Virus record (IMG/VR): IMGVR_UViG_3300044448_003347
DNA from: an uncultured virus (IMG/VR IMGVR_UViG_3300044448_003347)
Lineage: Duplodnaviria; Heunggongvirae; Uroviricota; Caudoviricetes
Direction: 5' to 3' (one strand)
DNA: 64,000 nucleotides
Both the position numbers and the translations under genes were made by a program. Shown here in pieces: positions 54,724-64,000 of this stretch. Each line of letters starts with the position of its first letter. The stretch's first letter is position 1. A model generated the notes under the pieces. The model was not told the origin of the DNA and made no database searches. It worked only from the letters and a program-made list of their open reading frames with translations.

Positions 54724-56016
54724 TTATCCTACATAAAGTGAAGGGGGTACATTCTTTAATACATTCTGTGATGAATCGCTAATGTTGCTGTCTTTTTCTG
54801 CTAGCTTTTCATAAGTAAGCTCATCAAGCACAGTCTTTAATTCATCTCTTAAAAGGTTTTGCTGTTCTTTAGCCTCAGTTACCAAGGCGGGTCCATTTAA
54901 GGTCACACTCTCATTTGGAATTGGTATTGTAGCGAATTTACTCCTAACCAAGCCCAGCATTTCTTTAGACAATGCTAAAGCGAATCTTCTAATCCACTGC
55001 TTTCCTATTGAGTTAATTCTATCATATGGTATATTTTCAAATGGCAACGTGTTCATGTTGTTGATGCCTGCGGCTCCACCTTCTTTGCCCGCCTCCTCAG
55101 TCCATGGATCAGTATCAACTGAAAACTCAACCCAGAATTTATCTGGTGATGATTCAACGGGGGTTGGAAACAATCTTAATTTATTGTCCTTGATCTCAAA
55201 TGAATAATGAGATGCCCTAGTGTATATCGCGTCTTCAAACGCCATTGCCTGTGATTTGTTTTGCCATGTGGGTATCAATTCAAAAGTGGAATCGTCTGAA
55301 TATTGTCCATAATATGATAAGTTACCTACAGTATTTAAGCCTCCGTAGTATCCGTAAAATCTCCACATCGCTTGGGGAGTTTTGTAAAAAACTTTTCTAA
55401 TTGTCACCCTCTTATCTCCTAATTTATTGAAGAAAGGAGAAGCGGTGTCAGTTGCAGCAGAACTGGAAATAATGTTTTGCAGGTCGTAATCTTGTTTGTC
55501 TACTACGGTATCGAAAGAAGCAGAATAGATTGGTGTTGCCCCACCTATCCCTGTTTGAGTTGAGACTGCATCGCCAACTCTCTGTGCGTATTGAAAGTCA
55601 TACTTTGGATATTTTAATTCCACGGAAGATCCACTTAGGGAATGGGAGCCTGACAGTTGTCCGTCATTATCGAATGAGCCAGTATTGGCACCCAAGACAC
55701 TACCCAAGACATTCTTGGCTTGATGTATATTGACAAGATAGGAGTATTCAAGGCATGCCTCTTCGTATGCAGCGTATACCTGATACTCGGTAATCTCAAT
55801 ATCGAGAATATCGCCGCCCATCTTCTTATAGACGTAAGCAACCTGATCTACTGCTCCAGTTACAAAACCCTGAAGGGCATGATGTGAAGAGGCATGGTCT
55901 GTATATACTCCGTATGGAAGAGGATTTGTGGAGCTATTAACATTATCAACATTGCCAGTTACAGGCAGTCTAGAGACACTCGTTGTGCTTGTTGGTGTTA
56001 AAGTTGGGTAAGCCAT
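54724..56016 (-). CDS. neck / head-tail adaptor (gp13-like)
   Basis: WIRRFALALSKEMLGLVRSKF...VTLNG pattern; follows the MCP. Confidence 0.65.
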   Translation of the reverse strand: MAYPTLTPTSTTSVSRLPVTGNVDNVNSSTNPLPYGVYTDHASSHHALQGFVTGAVDQVAYVYKKMGGDILDIEITEYQVYAAYEEACLEYSYLVNIHQAKNVLGSVLGANTGSFDNDGQLSGSHSLSGSSVELKYPKYDFQYAQRVGDAVSTQTGIGGATPIYSASFDTVVDKQDYDLQNIISSSAATDTASPFFNKLGDKRVTIRKVFYKTPQAMWRFYGYYGGLNTVGNLSYYGQYSDDSTFELIPTWQNKSQAMAFEDAIYTRASHYSFEIKDNKLRLFPTPVESSPDKFWVEFSVDTDPWTEEAGKEGGAAGINNMNTLPFENIPYDRINSIGKQWIRRFALALSKEMLGLVRSKFATIPIPNESVTLNGPALVTEAKEQQNLLRDELKTVLDELTYEKLAEKDSNISDSSQNVLKNVPPSLYVG

Positions 56017-56084
56017 TCATTCATTCTCCTTGGTACAATCGTATCATAGTAATTAGTTGTGGAGTAAACTTAAAGCATAATAGA

Positions 56085-56120
56085 AATAAAAAAGCCCCGC
56101 CAAATTAATGACGAGGCTTC
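56085..56120 (-). terminator. intrinsic terminator after major capsid gene
   Basis: AAGCCTCGTCA-loop-TGGCGGGGCTT followed by a T-tract. Confidence 0.75.
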
Positions 56121-56144
56121 TTGCTTGTTTAGACTCAGCAGGAA

Positions 56145-57917
56145 TTAACCGTTAAGATCTTCACAGATAACAAGACCATACATATCAGGTCTTACCATCT
56201 CTTTGGCGTAACGGGTCATAACACCCTTACGAGGTACGAAGTCCTCTACACCAAAGATAGTTGGAGTTACTTGGAGTGGGACATATGGGGCGTATACATA
56301 TCCACTTTCGAGGAATGATCCACCTTTACGTCCAACAAGAAGAACGTTACGTGGGAAATAAGGATCCACATAAACGTCGAACTTCTTGCTCAAAGATCCA
56401 ACATTAACTGCTCCAATAGAACCGTTACCATAATCGTTTCCAATGCTTGCACGGAAGCCAGCAGTGAACTCAAGAATGTTAGCTACTTCTGGTGAACAAA
56501 CAACAAAGTTAGCTCCGCCGCGAAGTGTCTTTCTGTGGATTTGAGCCGAAACATCATTAACAGTTTCTGCGAGTGTTTCGTACCACTCGGAAACAGTACC
56601 AGTGAAGTCAGCACCCATCAAGGACTCATTGTCCAAGTTTCCGCCAATTTGTGATCCGTCAGTTCTGTTTAAGAACCTACCCGGACGACGAGACCAGTAT
56701 TGTGTAGAAGCAGTAGCACCTTTGATAAGGTCCTCAAGAATCTCACGGTCAATCTCCAGAGCGATCTGCTCAGAAAGAATGCTTGTAAGTTCAACTTCTG
56801 CATCAAGGTTGTGATAAGCATTGAGATCTTGTCCCAATTCTGGTGTCCACTTAGCCTTGAGCTTTTTGGTCTTAGCAGTAACTGCGATAGAGTCAACTTT
56901 GATGTCGATCTCTGGAATGTCAACGCTATTCTCAAGGTCCCACTTAGGCTCACCGACAACAGAGCCAATTGCGCCACCCGCTTTGAACTCATCCGCAAGT
57001 GGATAAGTCAATGGGAAAGTGTCAGCGACAGCCTTGGCTGCGTTAACAAGCTCAGTGAGCCCCGCAGAAGTTCCCTTAAGGGATCCAGTTGCAGCATAAA
57101 CAACTCTAAGCAGCATGCTTGTGTTTGTGCCATCGTACTTATCTCCAGAGGAGCCGGAGTGAAGCTTGGTCAAACGTCGAATTTGGAAACCAACCTCTTC
57201 ATTGGTACCACCAGTGTGGATGAAAGGAAGTGATCCCGAAAATGCTACAAGGTTCAAATAATCCGCTTGGGAGTTATCCCCATTATCCACTAAAGTAACT
57301 GGGAAGGAAACAATTGCAGAGCCAGAAAGATCTGGGTCAAAGTCAACAGCCTTATCAACGTTGAAGTCTCCGGAGCCAACAATACCAGAAATAAGGGTAG
57401 CATCAGCCTTGGTCCAGTTACCAGAACCAGTTGGGCTAGCATAGCCGTTATTCAAGCTGTAAGGACCTTTTTCAAGGTTTCCATTTCCTCCTCCATCAAG
57501 GGAAACACCGTCGCGAAGACCTTTCGCAACAACTCCACCACCGTAAAGTGATTCATCCTTTGGATATCCAGCCTTTGGAGTATTGGATGTAAAATCCAAG
57601 AAGAAAATGAGTCCCGATGGGAGGCTCATTGGCTGAACGCTTACAAGATCATTGGCGATCAAATTACCGAATACACGGCGAACGATTGGGAATGCAACAG
57701 ATGCAAAACCTTCAACATCACCAGCCGCCATGGCTGATGCTTCGCGGAGTAGCTCTTTTGCTTGGTTTTCAAGCAAACGTGCCATTCCGTCTTTTTTCTG
57801 GTCACTGTCAATGCCCTCAAGAAGTCCGGTCTTTTCCCACTTGTTAAGTAGGGCTGCACCTTCTTTCTGGAGGTCACGATTAACAATGCCTTCTGTTAAT
57901 TTATCTAAAACTGACAT
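56145..57917 (-). CDS. major capsid protein (T4 gp23-like)
   Basis: VQPMSLPSGLIF, KLKAKWTPELGQDL, EIDREI, YAPYVPL, GVMTRY. Confidence 0.95.
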   Translation of the reverse strand: MSVLDKLTEGIVNRDLQKEGAALLNKWEKTGLLEGIDSDQKKDGMARLLENQAKELLREASAMAAGDVEGFASVAFPIVRRVFGNLIANDLVSVQPMSLPSGLIFFLDFTSNTPKAGYPKDESLYGGGVVAKGLRDGVSLDGGGNGNLEKGPYSLNNGYASPTGSGNWTKADATLISGIVGSGDFNVDKAVDFDPDLSGSAIVSFPVTLVDNGDNSQADYLNLVAFSGSLPFIHTGGTNEEVGFQIRRLTKLHSGSSGDKYDGTNTSMLLRVVYAATGSLKGTSAGLTELVNAAKAVADTFPLTYPLADEFKAGGAIGSVVGEPKWDLENSVDIPEIDIKVDSIAVTAKTKKLKAKWTPELGQDLNAYHNLDAEVELTSILSEQIALEIDREILEDLIKGATASTQYWSRRPGRFLNRTDGSQIGGNLDNESLMGADFTGTVSEWYETLAETVNDVSAQIHRKTLRGGANFVVCSPEVANILEFTAGFRASIGNDYGNGSIGAVNVGSLSKKFDVYVDPYFPRNVLLVGRKGGSFLESGYVYAPYVPLQVTPTIFGVEDFVPRKGVMTRYAKEMVRPDMYGLVICEDLNG

Positions 57918-57938
57918 AGTTTTATTTCTCCTTTAAAG

Positions 57939-58964
57939 TTAGTTTAATCCAGCTAATCTACGCATCCTATCGATACGAGGGTCTGCTGGGTTTTTAGCCT
58001 CTTTAGTTTGTGGTAATAAAGTAGATTTCCTACTAACCGCCTCGCTTAGTGTTTTCGGGGACTCTTTCTTGGTTCCGCTCACCGTGCTTTGAAGGGTTTC
58101 AAAGATTACCTTAGCTTCTTCCACAGACTTAGCATTTGAAATAGCTTCGACAAGTTTTGTTTTTTGTCGCCCATTCAACGAGTCGCTAGTCAATGCTTCG
58201 TTTGTGTAAAGTAGCTTTGCGTTCTGAACTGAGGTTTCGTTCAGAGCATTTTTTAATTTGAGAACAACGTCCTCAATGTGTTTGGTATTAGACTGAAGAG
58301 AGGAGAGGCTTTCTTGCAAATCTTTCTTTTCTTGTTTTAAAGTTTTTACAGATTCTCTAAGCTTTCCGACCTCTTTATCGATTTCGTCAGAGTCGTCCTC
58401 TTCGTCCATATGAGCATCAAGAGCCTTTGCTTCTTCGTATGCCTCGTGTTTTTGACTATCGGGCATGCCTAAATTGCCAGACTTTACAGGCTCAAAATCA
58501 AGTGTTAGCTTTTCTGCTAGTTTCTCTATCTCTTCCTCGTCTAAATTAATTTCTTCATCTTCAAATAAGTTAGCCAAATCAATCTCGTCTGCTTCTTGCA
58601 GCTCCTCTTCAGGCTTGTCTAGTTCTTCTTCGGCGAAATCATGTCGGTCTGTCATTTCTTCTGGGTCTAATCCATCCTCAGAAGCTAACTCTTGATCAAT
58701 CATTTGTTCTAATTCTGCAAAGTCAAGCTCGACTGTTTCTTCCCCAACAGATGATGCATCGGTTACATCTGATGCTGCCATTGGAATATCACTGACCATG
58801 CTTGCTTCATCCTCATTGATAATCTCTTCTTGACTCAACATGGTATCAACAGCTTCTCTAATTTCTTGAGAATACTTTTCAATAATACTTGACTCTGCGC
58901 TTTTAATCGCGGCTTCTTTAAGCTCTTTAGCATCTACGATTGCTTGATCTAACATTGATGACAT
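57939..58964 (-). CDS. prohead scaffold protein
   Basis: Acidic coiled-coil, NAKLLY motif, C-terminal RMRRLAGL; directly before the MCP. Confidence 0.8.
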   Translation of the reverse strand: MSSMLDQAIVDAKELKEAAIKSAESSIIEKYSQEIREAVDTMLSQEEIINEDEASMVSDIPMAASDVTDASSVGEETVELDFAELEQMIDQELASEDGLDPEEMTDRHDFAEEELDKPEEELQEADEIDLANLFEDEEINLDEEEIEKLAEKLTLDFEPVKSGNLGMPDSQKHEAYEEAKALDAHMDEEDDSDEIDKEVGKLRESVKTLKQEKKDLQESLSSLQSNTKHIEDVVLKLKNALNETSVQNAKLLYTNEALTSDSLNGRQKTKLVEAISNAKSVEEAKVIFETLQSTVSGTKKESPKTLSEAVSRKSTLLPQTKEAKNPADPRIDRMRRLAGLN

Positions 58965-59059
58965 TATATAATCTCCTAATATTTGGTCGCAAATAGGCGT
59001 TTTGCGTCGTAGTAAATAGTTCTTTAAAGTTCAAAAATACAAAAAAATAACAACTTAGT

Positions 59060-59314
59060 TCATGAAATCACCAAGTTACCATCTTTATCCCAATAAAGAT
59101 CGTTATGATCTTGCAAAAAACCCTCTATTGACATTAGATAAAAATCCATTTCATTTGGTTTTATTTTGCCCGTATTTAATTGATTGTAGCACCACTGAAT
59201 AAGGGTGTTAATGAAAAAGGCTTTGGGGGCGAATATAACATTATTTTCCACACGATAGCTAGGATCATGCTCTTGCAAATATCTTATAATGTCGGTTCGG
59301 TCATTGATTTGCAT
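59060..59314 (-). CDS. small hypothetical protein
   Basis: ATG at 59314 (MQINDR). Confidence 0.5.
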   Translation of the reverse strand: MQINDRTDIIRYLQEHDPSYRVENNVIFAPKAFFINTLIQWCYNQLNTGKIKPNEMDFYLMSIEGFLQDHNDLYWDKDGNLVIS

Positions 59315-59318
59315 AATA

Positions 59319-59357
59319 GAAAAGGTGAGGGCAGAGACCCGTAGATCCCTGCCCTCG
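59319..59357 (-). terminator. terminator-like hairpin after fibre gene
   Basis: GAGGGCAG...CTGCCCTC followed by ACCTTTTCT. Confidence 0.6.
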
Positions 59358-59371
59358 GTTATCAAAAAGTA

Positions 59372-62041
59372 TTACTTCTTGAGGAGTGCTTTCAATTCTT
59401 CGATCTGAACTTGTTGAGCCTTTACAGCCTCGACGAGAACAGAAGTAAGTCTTGAGTAGTCAACTCCCTGTACTCCGTCATCAGCAGTGTGAACTGCCTT
59501 TGGAAGAACAGATTGAACGTCTTGAGCGATGAAACCGAAGTCTCTTTCACCGGAATCTTTCCAAGTGAACTCGACGCCCTTGAGGGACATAACAGTGTCA
59601 AGAGCAGTGTTGCCCATAGAAGCAACGTCACTCTTAAGGCTTTCGTCCGAGTAAGTAACAAATGCAGCAGCACGAACTTTGTTGATGTTGTTAGATCCGT
59701 TAGCAACGTCCAAAGCGTACTCAGAAGTGGCATCGCCACCGAGGTTAAGCATTGTTCCACCGGAACTATCGACGAACTGAAGAACGTGGTTTGATGCGTC
59801 GTAGCGCATCAATTCATTCGCTGCTCCACCGTAAGCTATGATGTTGGCTCCAGATCCATCAGCACCGGCAAGGATGTTGCTTCCAGCATTGATAGTGCCA
59901 TCTACGCCGAAGGATGTACCTCCAGCGCCATAGCCTGCACCAACAGCCATACCAGTCGCAGTCATCGTTACCCTATCACCTCCGCCGACTTCAAACTGAA
60001 TTTGATCGTCAGCAGCAGAACGGATAGAAGTGTCAGCATCAGCATCAAGATCAATGCGTCCTTGACCGTTGAGATCAATATCGTCAACATAAAGCTTCTT
60101 AAAAGCAACGCCGTCTGCACCAAGATCAACATCACTGTCAGTCTGTGGTCCAAGTACGCCGTCTGCAACATAAACTTGCTCTGCATTTGCAGCGTAGAAG
60201 TGAATTTCATCTGCTGTCTCGAAGTCAATCTTTGTTTGATCATCTTCACCGATTTTAAGGTCGGTTGCAAGAATAGATGTGATTGCAGTTTGTGCTGCGT
60301 CGATTACAAAATCTAAGTTATTGTCAGTAGAGTCATAAGAAACAGAAATACCAGTCTCTGTACCATCGAGCATTGCTCCAACATGGTCTTCAACAACTAC
60401 TTGTAATGTAGCACCATTAACAGTAATCGCATCAGCTTCAAGTGTACCATCAATATCAGCGTTTCCACTAATATCAAGAGAAGCACCGTCAATCTCGCCA
60501 GTAACAGTGATGCTGTCTACGAAAGCGTCTTTGAAGCGAGCAGCAGTTGTTCCAAGATCAACATCAGAATCAGTTTCTGGGCGGAGAACTCCGTCTTCAA
60601 GTCTTACTTCAGTTGTTCCGCCAATGTTAAAATCAAGAGCGGTGTTGCTGTGGTCATAAAGAACTGAAGCGTTTCCTGCTAAGTCATGACCTCCACCGAT
60701 TTTCAAACCACCGCCATCAGAGTTGGCAGAGGAAGCTGAAACAGCAGAAATGATTAATTTGTCAGCAACTTCAAGTGTTGATTCTGTTTGAGCAATACTG
60801 TTAAGAGTTACAACATCAAGGTTGGTGATCTTTGCATGTGAAGCAGTAAGTTGTTGTGCCACATTAACATGACCTGTGAAAGTCACTGTGTCGTTTGCTT
60901 GGTCACCAAAAGTAACATTTCCACCCAAATCGACATTAAAGTCTAACTTAGTAGCAGCGATTGCAGCATTAGATGCGACAGAAGCGTTAACAACAGCGTT
61001 AGCAGCCAACTCATCGGCACCGACAGCATCATCAGCAAGCATGCTGTTTTCAACTGCTTGAGCAGCAATAGTTAAAGCACCACCAGCGGCGATTGTAGCA
61101 TCGCCAGAGATGTTTGCAAAGATTGAGTCTTCAAAGTTAGAGAAAGTAACCGACTTGTTAGTTCCGCCTGCGCCGTCGTCAATGACCAACAAATCAGCTT
61201 GTGCTACAGATGCTCCACCAAGAGCAGTTGCGCCATCAATGTCCAAAGCAGCCAAAGAAACTTTGTTTGCACTAGTGAGTTGGTTCAACTTGCTGTCAGC
61301 GATAGAGCCTGCAAGCATTGCATTAGTAACACCCGATGCTTTCACGCGGAGAGCATCAGAGTTAAGCTCGATTGAGCTATCATCGACACCAACTGCGAGA
61401 ACACCAGAAGAGGCAGCAAGACCGTCACCAGCGACAGCAGTCATAAGATCAGCAACAGATTCGACCTTTGCATCGCCAGTAGCCCCACCATCAAGGAACA
61501 TGAAGTGGTCACTTCCGACAGCGATAGCTTCTGCTCCGAGGAGTCCCGGTCCATCTTTGAAAAGGTTATCAACACCAATCTTCTTAAGGGTTCCGCCATC
61601 GCTGATCATCAATTCGTCAGCAGCAGCGAGTCCATCAGAAGCTAATTCTGTTTGACCAGAAATAACATCGTCATTGAGCATTCCGCTTTCAACAGCATCA
61701 GCTTGGATAGTGACGGCACCACCTGCTGCGATTGCGACATCGCCGGAAACATTTCCGAAGATTGCATCTTCCATGTTAGAAAAAGTAATTTTCTTTTCAG
61801 TTCCAGCATCAGAAAAGATGAAGTGATCTCCTTGAGCAACACCTGTTCCCCCAAGAGCATCGAACTGATCAATGTCAAAGCCTAGCTGCTTTTGTGTGTT
61901 TGCACCAGCCTTAACATAGAGTCTTGTATCGGAACCAGATCCAGAAGCGTAAAGCAATACCTTGTCGGTAGCCCCAGTGGGGATATCTCCGGTATCTACC
62001 TTATCTACCTCCAATCCGGTTTGTGATAATTGAGTAGCCAT
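59372..62041 (-). CDS. fibre/spike protein with C-terminal intramolecular chaperone (peptidase S74)
   Basis: SDESLK...GFIAQDV...VDYSRL...coiled coil; internal ~70-aa duplication (about 61027-61243 and 61669-61876). Confidence 0.85.
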   Translation of the reverse strand: MATQLSQTGLEVDKVDTGDIPTGATDKVLLYASGSGSDTRLYVKAGANTQKQLGFDIDQFDALGGTGVAQGDHFIFSDAGTEKKITFSNMEDAIFGNVSGDVAIAAGGAVTIQADAVESGMLNDDVISGQTELASDGLAAADELMISDGGTLKKIGVDNLFKDGPGLLGAEAIAVGSDHFMFLDGGATGDAKVESVADLMTAVAGDGLAASSGVLAVGVDDSSIELNSDALRVKASGVTNAMLAGSIADSKLNQLTSANKVSLAALDIDGATALGGASVAQADLLVIDDGAGGTNKSVTFSNFEDSIFANISGDATIAAGGALTIAAQAVENSMLADDAVGADELAANAVVNASVASNAAIAATKLDFNVDLGGNVTFGDQANDTVTFTGHVNVAQQLTASHAKITNLDVVTLNSIAQTESTLEVADKLIISAVSASSANSDGGGLKIGGGHDLAGNASVLYDHSNTALDFNIGGTTEVRLEDGVLRPETDSDVDLGTTAARFKDAFVDSITVTGEIDGASLDISGNADIDGTLEADAITVNGATLQVVVEDHVGAMLDGTETGISVSYDSTDNNLDFVIDAAQTAITSILATDLKIGEDDQTKIDFETADEIHFYAANAEQVYVADGVLGPQTDSDVDLGADGVAFKKLYVDDIDLNGQGRIDLDADADTSIRSAADDQIQFEVGGGDRVTMTATGMAVGAGYGAGGTSFGVDGTINAGSNILAGADGSGANIIAYGGAANELMRYDASNHVLQFVDSSGGTMLNLGGDATSEYALDVANGSNNINKVRAAAFVTYSDESLKSDVASMGNTALDTVMSLKGVEFTWKDSGERDFGFIAQDVQSVLPKAVHTADDGVQGVDYSRLTSVLVEAVKAQQVQIEELKALLKK

Positions 62042-62229
62042 ATATAAATCCTCCCATAGATTTAATGATTAAATTTTTTATATTAAGTTAAAGAAAAAGC
62101 GCCGGAAGGCGCTTGAAGCACGAGATTGTGCTCATATATAAATAGTTTTGAGGATTGGATTTGTGACTTGATAAAATTACTTATTTAAGTATTTTATTGT
62201 AATTGTATGAAAGGATTGGCAAAAAAATA

Positions 62230-62751
62230 TTAGTGGTGACCGTCACTATTTCTGGCTGCACTAATTCCAGAGCCGCTCAACTCATACATTTCTTCTGGAG
62301 GAACGCCTGTGAGTTCAGCAAAAATTGAAAAGTTATTGGCGTCTGCTTCTTGTAAGGGACCGCCTACTACACCCGCTGTTCCAAATGCAGTCGTTGCGTG
62401 TTGTGGACCGGGGCTAATATAAAGCTCTTTGCACTTAATGTTCATAGTGAAAGATCCAGTGGTATCTCCAACTATATTTGTACAAGGAACGAGAACATAT
62501 TGACCTGCGGTGATTGCAGAAGGAGAGGTTGCTTTAGAGACGAAGTGAATAGCAAGATTGCTCCCAGAACAATTATTAGTAATAGTAATGCTCCTTGTTA
62601 CAGTTGGAAAGGTTACCTTGTATTCTTTTGAATTTTTGAAAGTTTTAGCTGTTTCATAGTCTACTACAGAGGCAGTAGCATAGGGCTTCCCTGCTACCTG
62701 ATATGCTGCTGAATTGCCTATTCCACTTCCTCTTGGTGAATAAATTGCCAT
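62230..62751 (-). CDS. hypothetical virion protein
   Basis: GIGNSAAYQVAGKPY N-terminus; lies in the head module. Confidence 0.6.
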   Translation of the reverse strand: MAIYSPRGSGIGNSAAYQVAGKPYATASVVDYETAKTFKNSKEYKVTFPTVTRSITITNNCSGSNLAIHFVSKATSPSAITAGQYVLVPCTNIVGDTTGSFTMNIKCKELYISPGPQHATTAFGTAGVVGGPLQEADANNFSIFAELTGVPPEEMYELSGSGISAARNSDGHH

Positions 62752-62762
62752 TTTATTTTCTC

Positions 62763-62999
62763 CTAGTCTTTATATTTAGCATCGCGTTCTCTTTGTAGCC
62801 TTTTTAAAATTCTATTGCGCTCTTTCTTTTTTCTTCGGCGCTTATCTGTTGGCTTCTCAAAGAACATATGTTTTTCTCGCCATTCATCTTGAATGCCTTC
62901 TTTTTTAACTTTTTTAATAAATCTCTTAATCATTCTTTCAGGAGATTCATTTTTTCTTGGTGTAACCTCTACATTAACTGGTTTTGCTTTTTTACGCAT
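62763..62999 (-). CDS. rpsU: ribosomal protein bS21 homolog
   Basis: V...NESPERMIKRFIKKVKKEGI..E.RE..FFEKPT.KRRRKK. Confidence 0.85.
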   Translation of the reverse strand: MRKKAKPVNVEVTPRKNESPERMIKRFIKKVKKEGIQDEWREKHMFFEKPTDKRRRKKKERNRILKRLQRERDAKYKD

Positions 63000-63006
63000 C
63001 TTATAC

Positions 63007-63417
63007 CTACTTTATTAACTGTTCCCAAGAAGACGCTGCCCCAAGTAAACTTGAAATGTCTACTCCAGAGTCGCTTGGGTCTACACCCTCTAGTGCCGAG
63101 GAAGGCGTAGCTTCTGGTGATCCGCCTTTTTTCATTGGCGTTGTGCCCTCAAAAAGATCTATGCCCCCAAAAGAATCTTTTCCAATAGCATCAAGCATTC
63201 TTTTTCTTGTCTCTGCTAATTTTTCTTTTCTTTTTTCCATTGCTTCCAAATTAGCTTGCTCTTTAAATGTCTGCTGCACAGCAACCGGCTGCTGGGATAC
63301 TTGCGCTTGCCCTACCGCTTTTACTACTTCTGAAATAACGCTCTTAAGAACACCCTCTTCAACAAGGACTTCCTTAACGCTTTCTTTAATCATTTCTTTG
63401 AACTCACTCTTTTTCAT
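63007..63417 (-). CDS. hypothetical head-module protein
   Basis: MKKSEFKEMIKESVKEVL leader. Confidence 0.65.
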   Translation of the reverse strand: MKKSEFKEMIKESVKEVLVEEGVLKSVISEVVKAVGQAQVSQQPVAVQQTFKEQANLEAMEKRKEKLAETRKRMLDAIGKDSFGGIDLFEGTTPMKKGGSPEATPSSALEGVDPSDSGVDISSLLGAASSWEQLIK

Positions 63418-63418
63418 T

Positions 63419-64000
63419 TTAATCCTTTACGATATCATTTAAAAGTCTGTTGATCTTGTCTGCCTTGGTCCACATATTTGGCTCTTTATTCTCTTTCATC
63501 ATAAAAGCGCCTGTTGTGGATGGCTCAGAGACCATATCAAAACAAATCAACTGAAAATCATCATTAACTCTGGCTGCGCCATTGTTCTCATCAACAGTAC
63601 CCAAGCCACGGGAAGAGATGCCTACTTGGCATCCGCCTTCAACAAGTGCCCTAAGTGTCTTACCTGCTGGCGTTTCAAGCACTTTAATTTTGCCCATAAC
63701 ATCTTTGCCCTCAAACCACACTTCTGTGACCAGATGAGAGGCATTTGCAAGATTAACGATAGACGATTCTGGATGGTCTAGCTCGCCTAGTGCTCTTTTT
63801 TCCTTGACAAGTTTCTTGTAGTTCTCTACTTCTCTCTCTAAAACTCGCATAGGATAAACTCTGCCATTTCCGTTTTGCGCTTCCGCCCTCTGCATCACGC
63901 CGGAAAGAATGAGCCCACCATTTGCGACATATCGCTTTTCCTCTTCCGTTAGAAGATCTTGGCATGTTCCACCTTCACATAGTTGATAAAATTCTGTTAA
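63419..64000 (-). CDS. prohead protease (T4 gp21-like), 5' end outside the window
   Basis: NGNGRVYP, GELDHP, SH, GISSRGLG, D.VSEPS; frame stays open to the window edge. Confidence 0.92.
   Translation of the reverse strand, partial: LTEFYQLCEGGTCQDLLTEEEKRYVANGGLILSGVMQRAEAQNGNGRVYPMRVLEREVENYKKLVKEKRALGELDHPESSIVNLANASHLVTEVWFEGKDVMGKIKVLETPAGKTLRALVEGGCQVGISSRGLGTVDENNGAARVNDDFQLICFDMVSEPSTTGAFMMKENKEPNMWTKADKINRLLNDIVKD

Noticed and set aside
126..63442. All plus-strand ORFs in the track
   Set aside because: They are antisense shadows of well-supported minus-strand genes, with no recognisable motifs.
1..64000. CRISPR array, tRNA or rRNA genes
   Set aside because: Intergenic gaps are short and I saw no regularly spaced repeats or cloverleaf motifs; tRNAscan was not run.
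1..64000. Stop-codon reassignment, as seen in some large phages
   Set aside because: Core genes are full length in code 11, and TAA, TAG and TGA all end genes.

Overview
This window is a 64-kb segment of a large tailed dsDNA phage (contractile-tailed, distantly T4-like). Essentially all real genes lie on the minus strand in standard genetic code, with strong AGGAG/GGAGG ribosome-binding sites. In transcription order (right to left) it holds four blocks. (1) Head module: prohead protease (partial), ribosomal protein bS21, a fibre with an S74 chaperone domain, scaffold, major capsid and neck genes. (2) Tail module: sheath, tube, assembly chaperone with a probable U7 frameshift, tape measure and baseplate genes. 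(3) Replication and metabolism: minimal family-A polymerase, divergent tubulin, SSB, RecA, 5'-3' exonuclease, helicase, class II RNR, GroES, CysK, a nucleotidyltransferase-like gene, DnaE, a Mom-like DNA modifier, UvsE, an HNH-AP2 endonuclease, dUTPase and IMPDH/GMPR. (4) Accessory region: stand-alone sigma70 region-4 protein, ClpP, putative capsid-packaged proteins with a shared leader, GroEL, glutaredoxin, Hsp20, a myxobacterial-style surface protein, many small SH3/KOW-like genes and a type II restriction-modification pair. Two promoter classes are visible: sigma70-like early promoters and a recurrent ACTATTTA motif before late genes. The best candidates for new biology are the ACTATTTA/sigma-region-4 late transcription system, the MKEL-leader cargo cassette, the DnaE-coupled Mom/NTase/CysK cluster and the mini-PolA/tubulin pair. 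All functional calls come from motif recognition by eye; no database searches were run.
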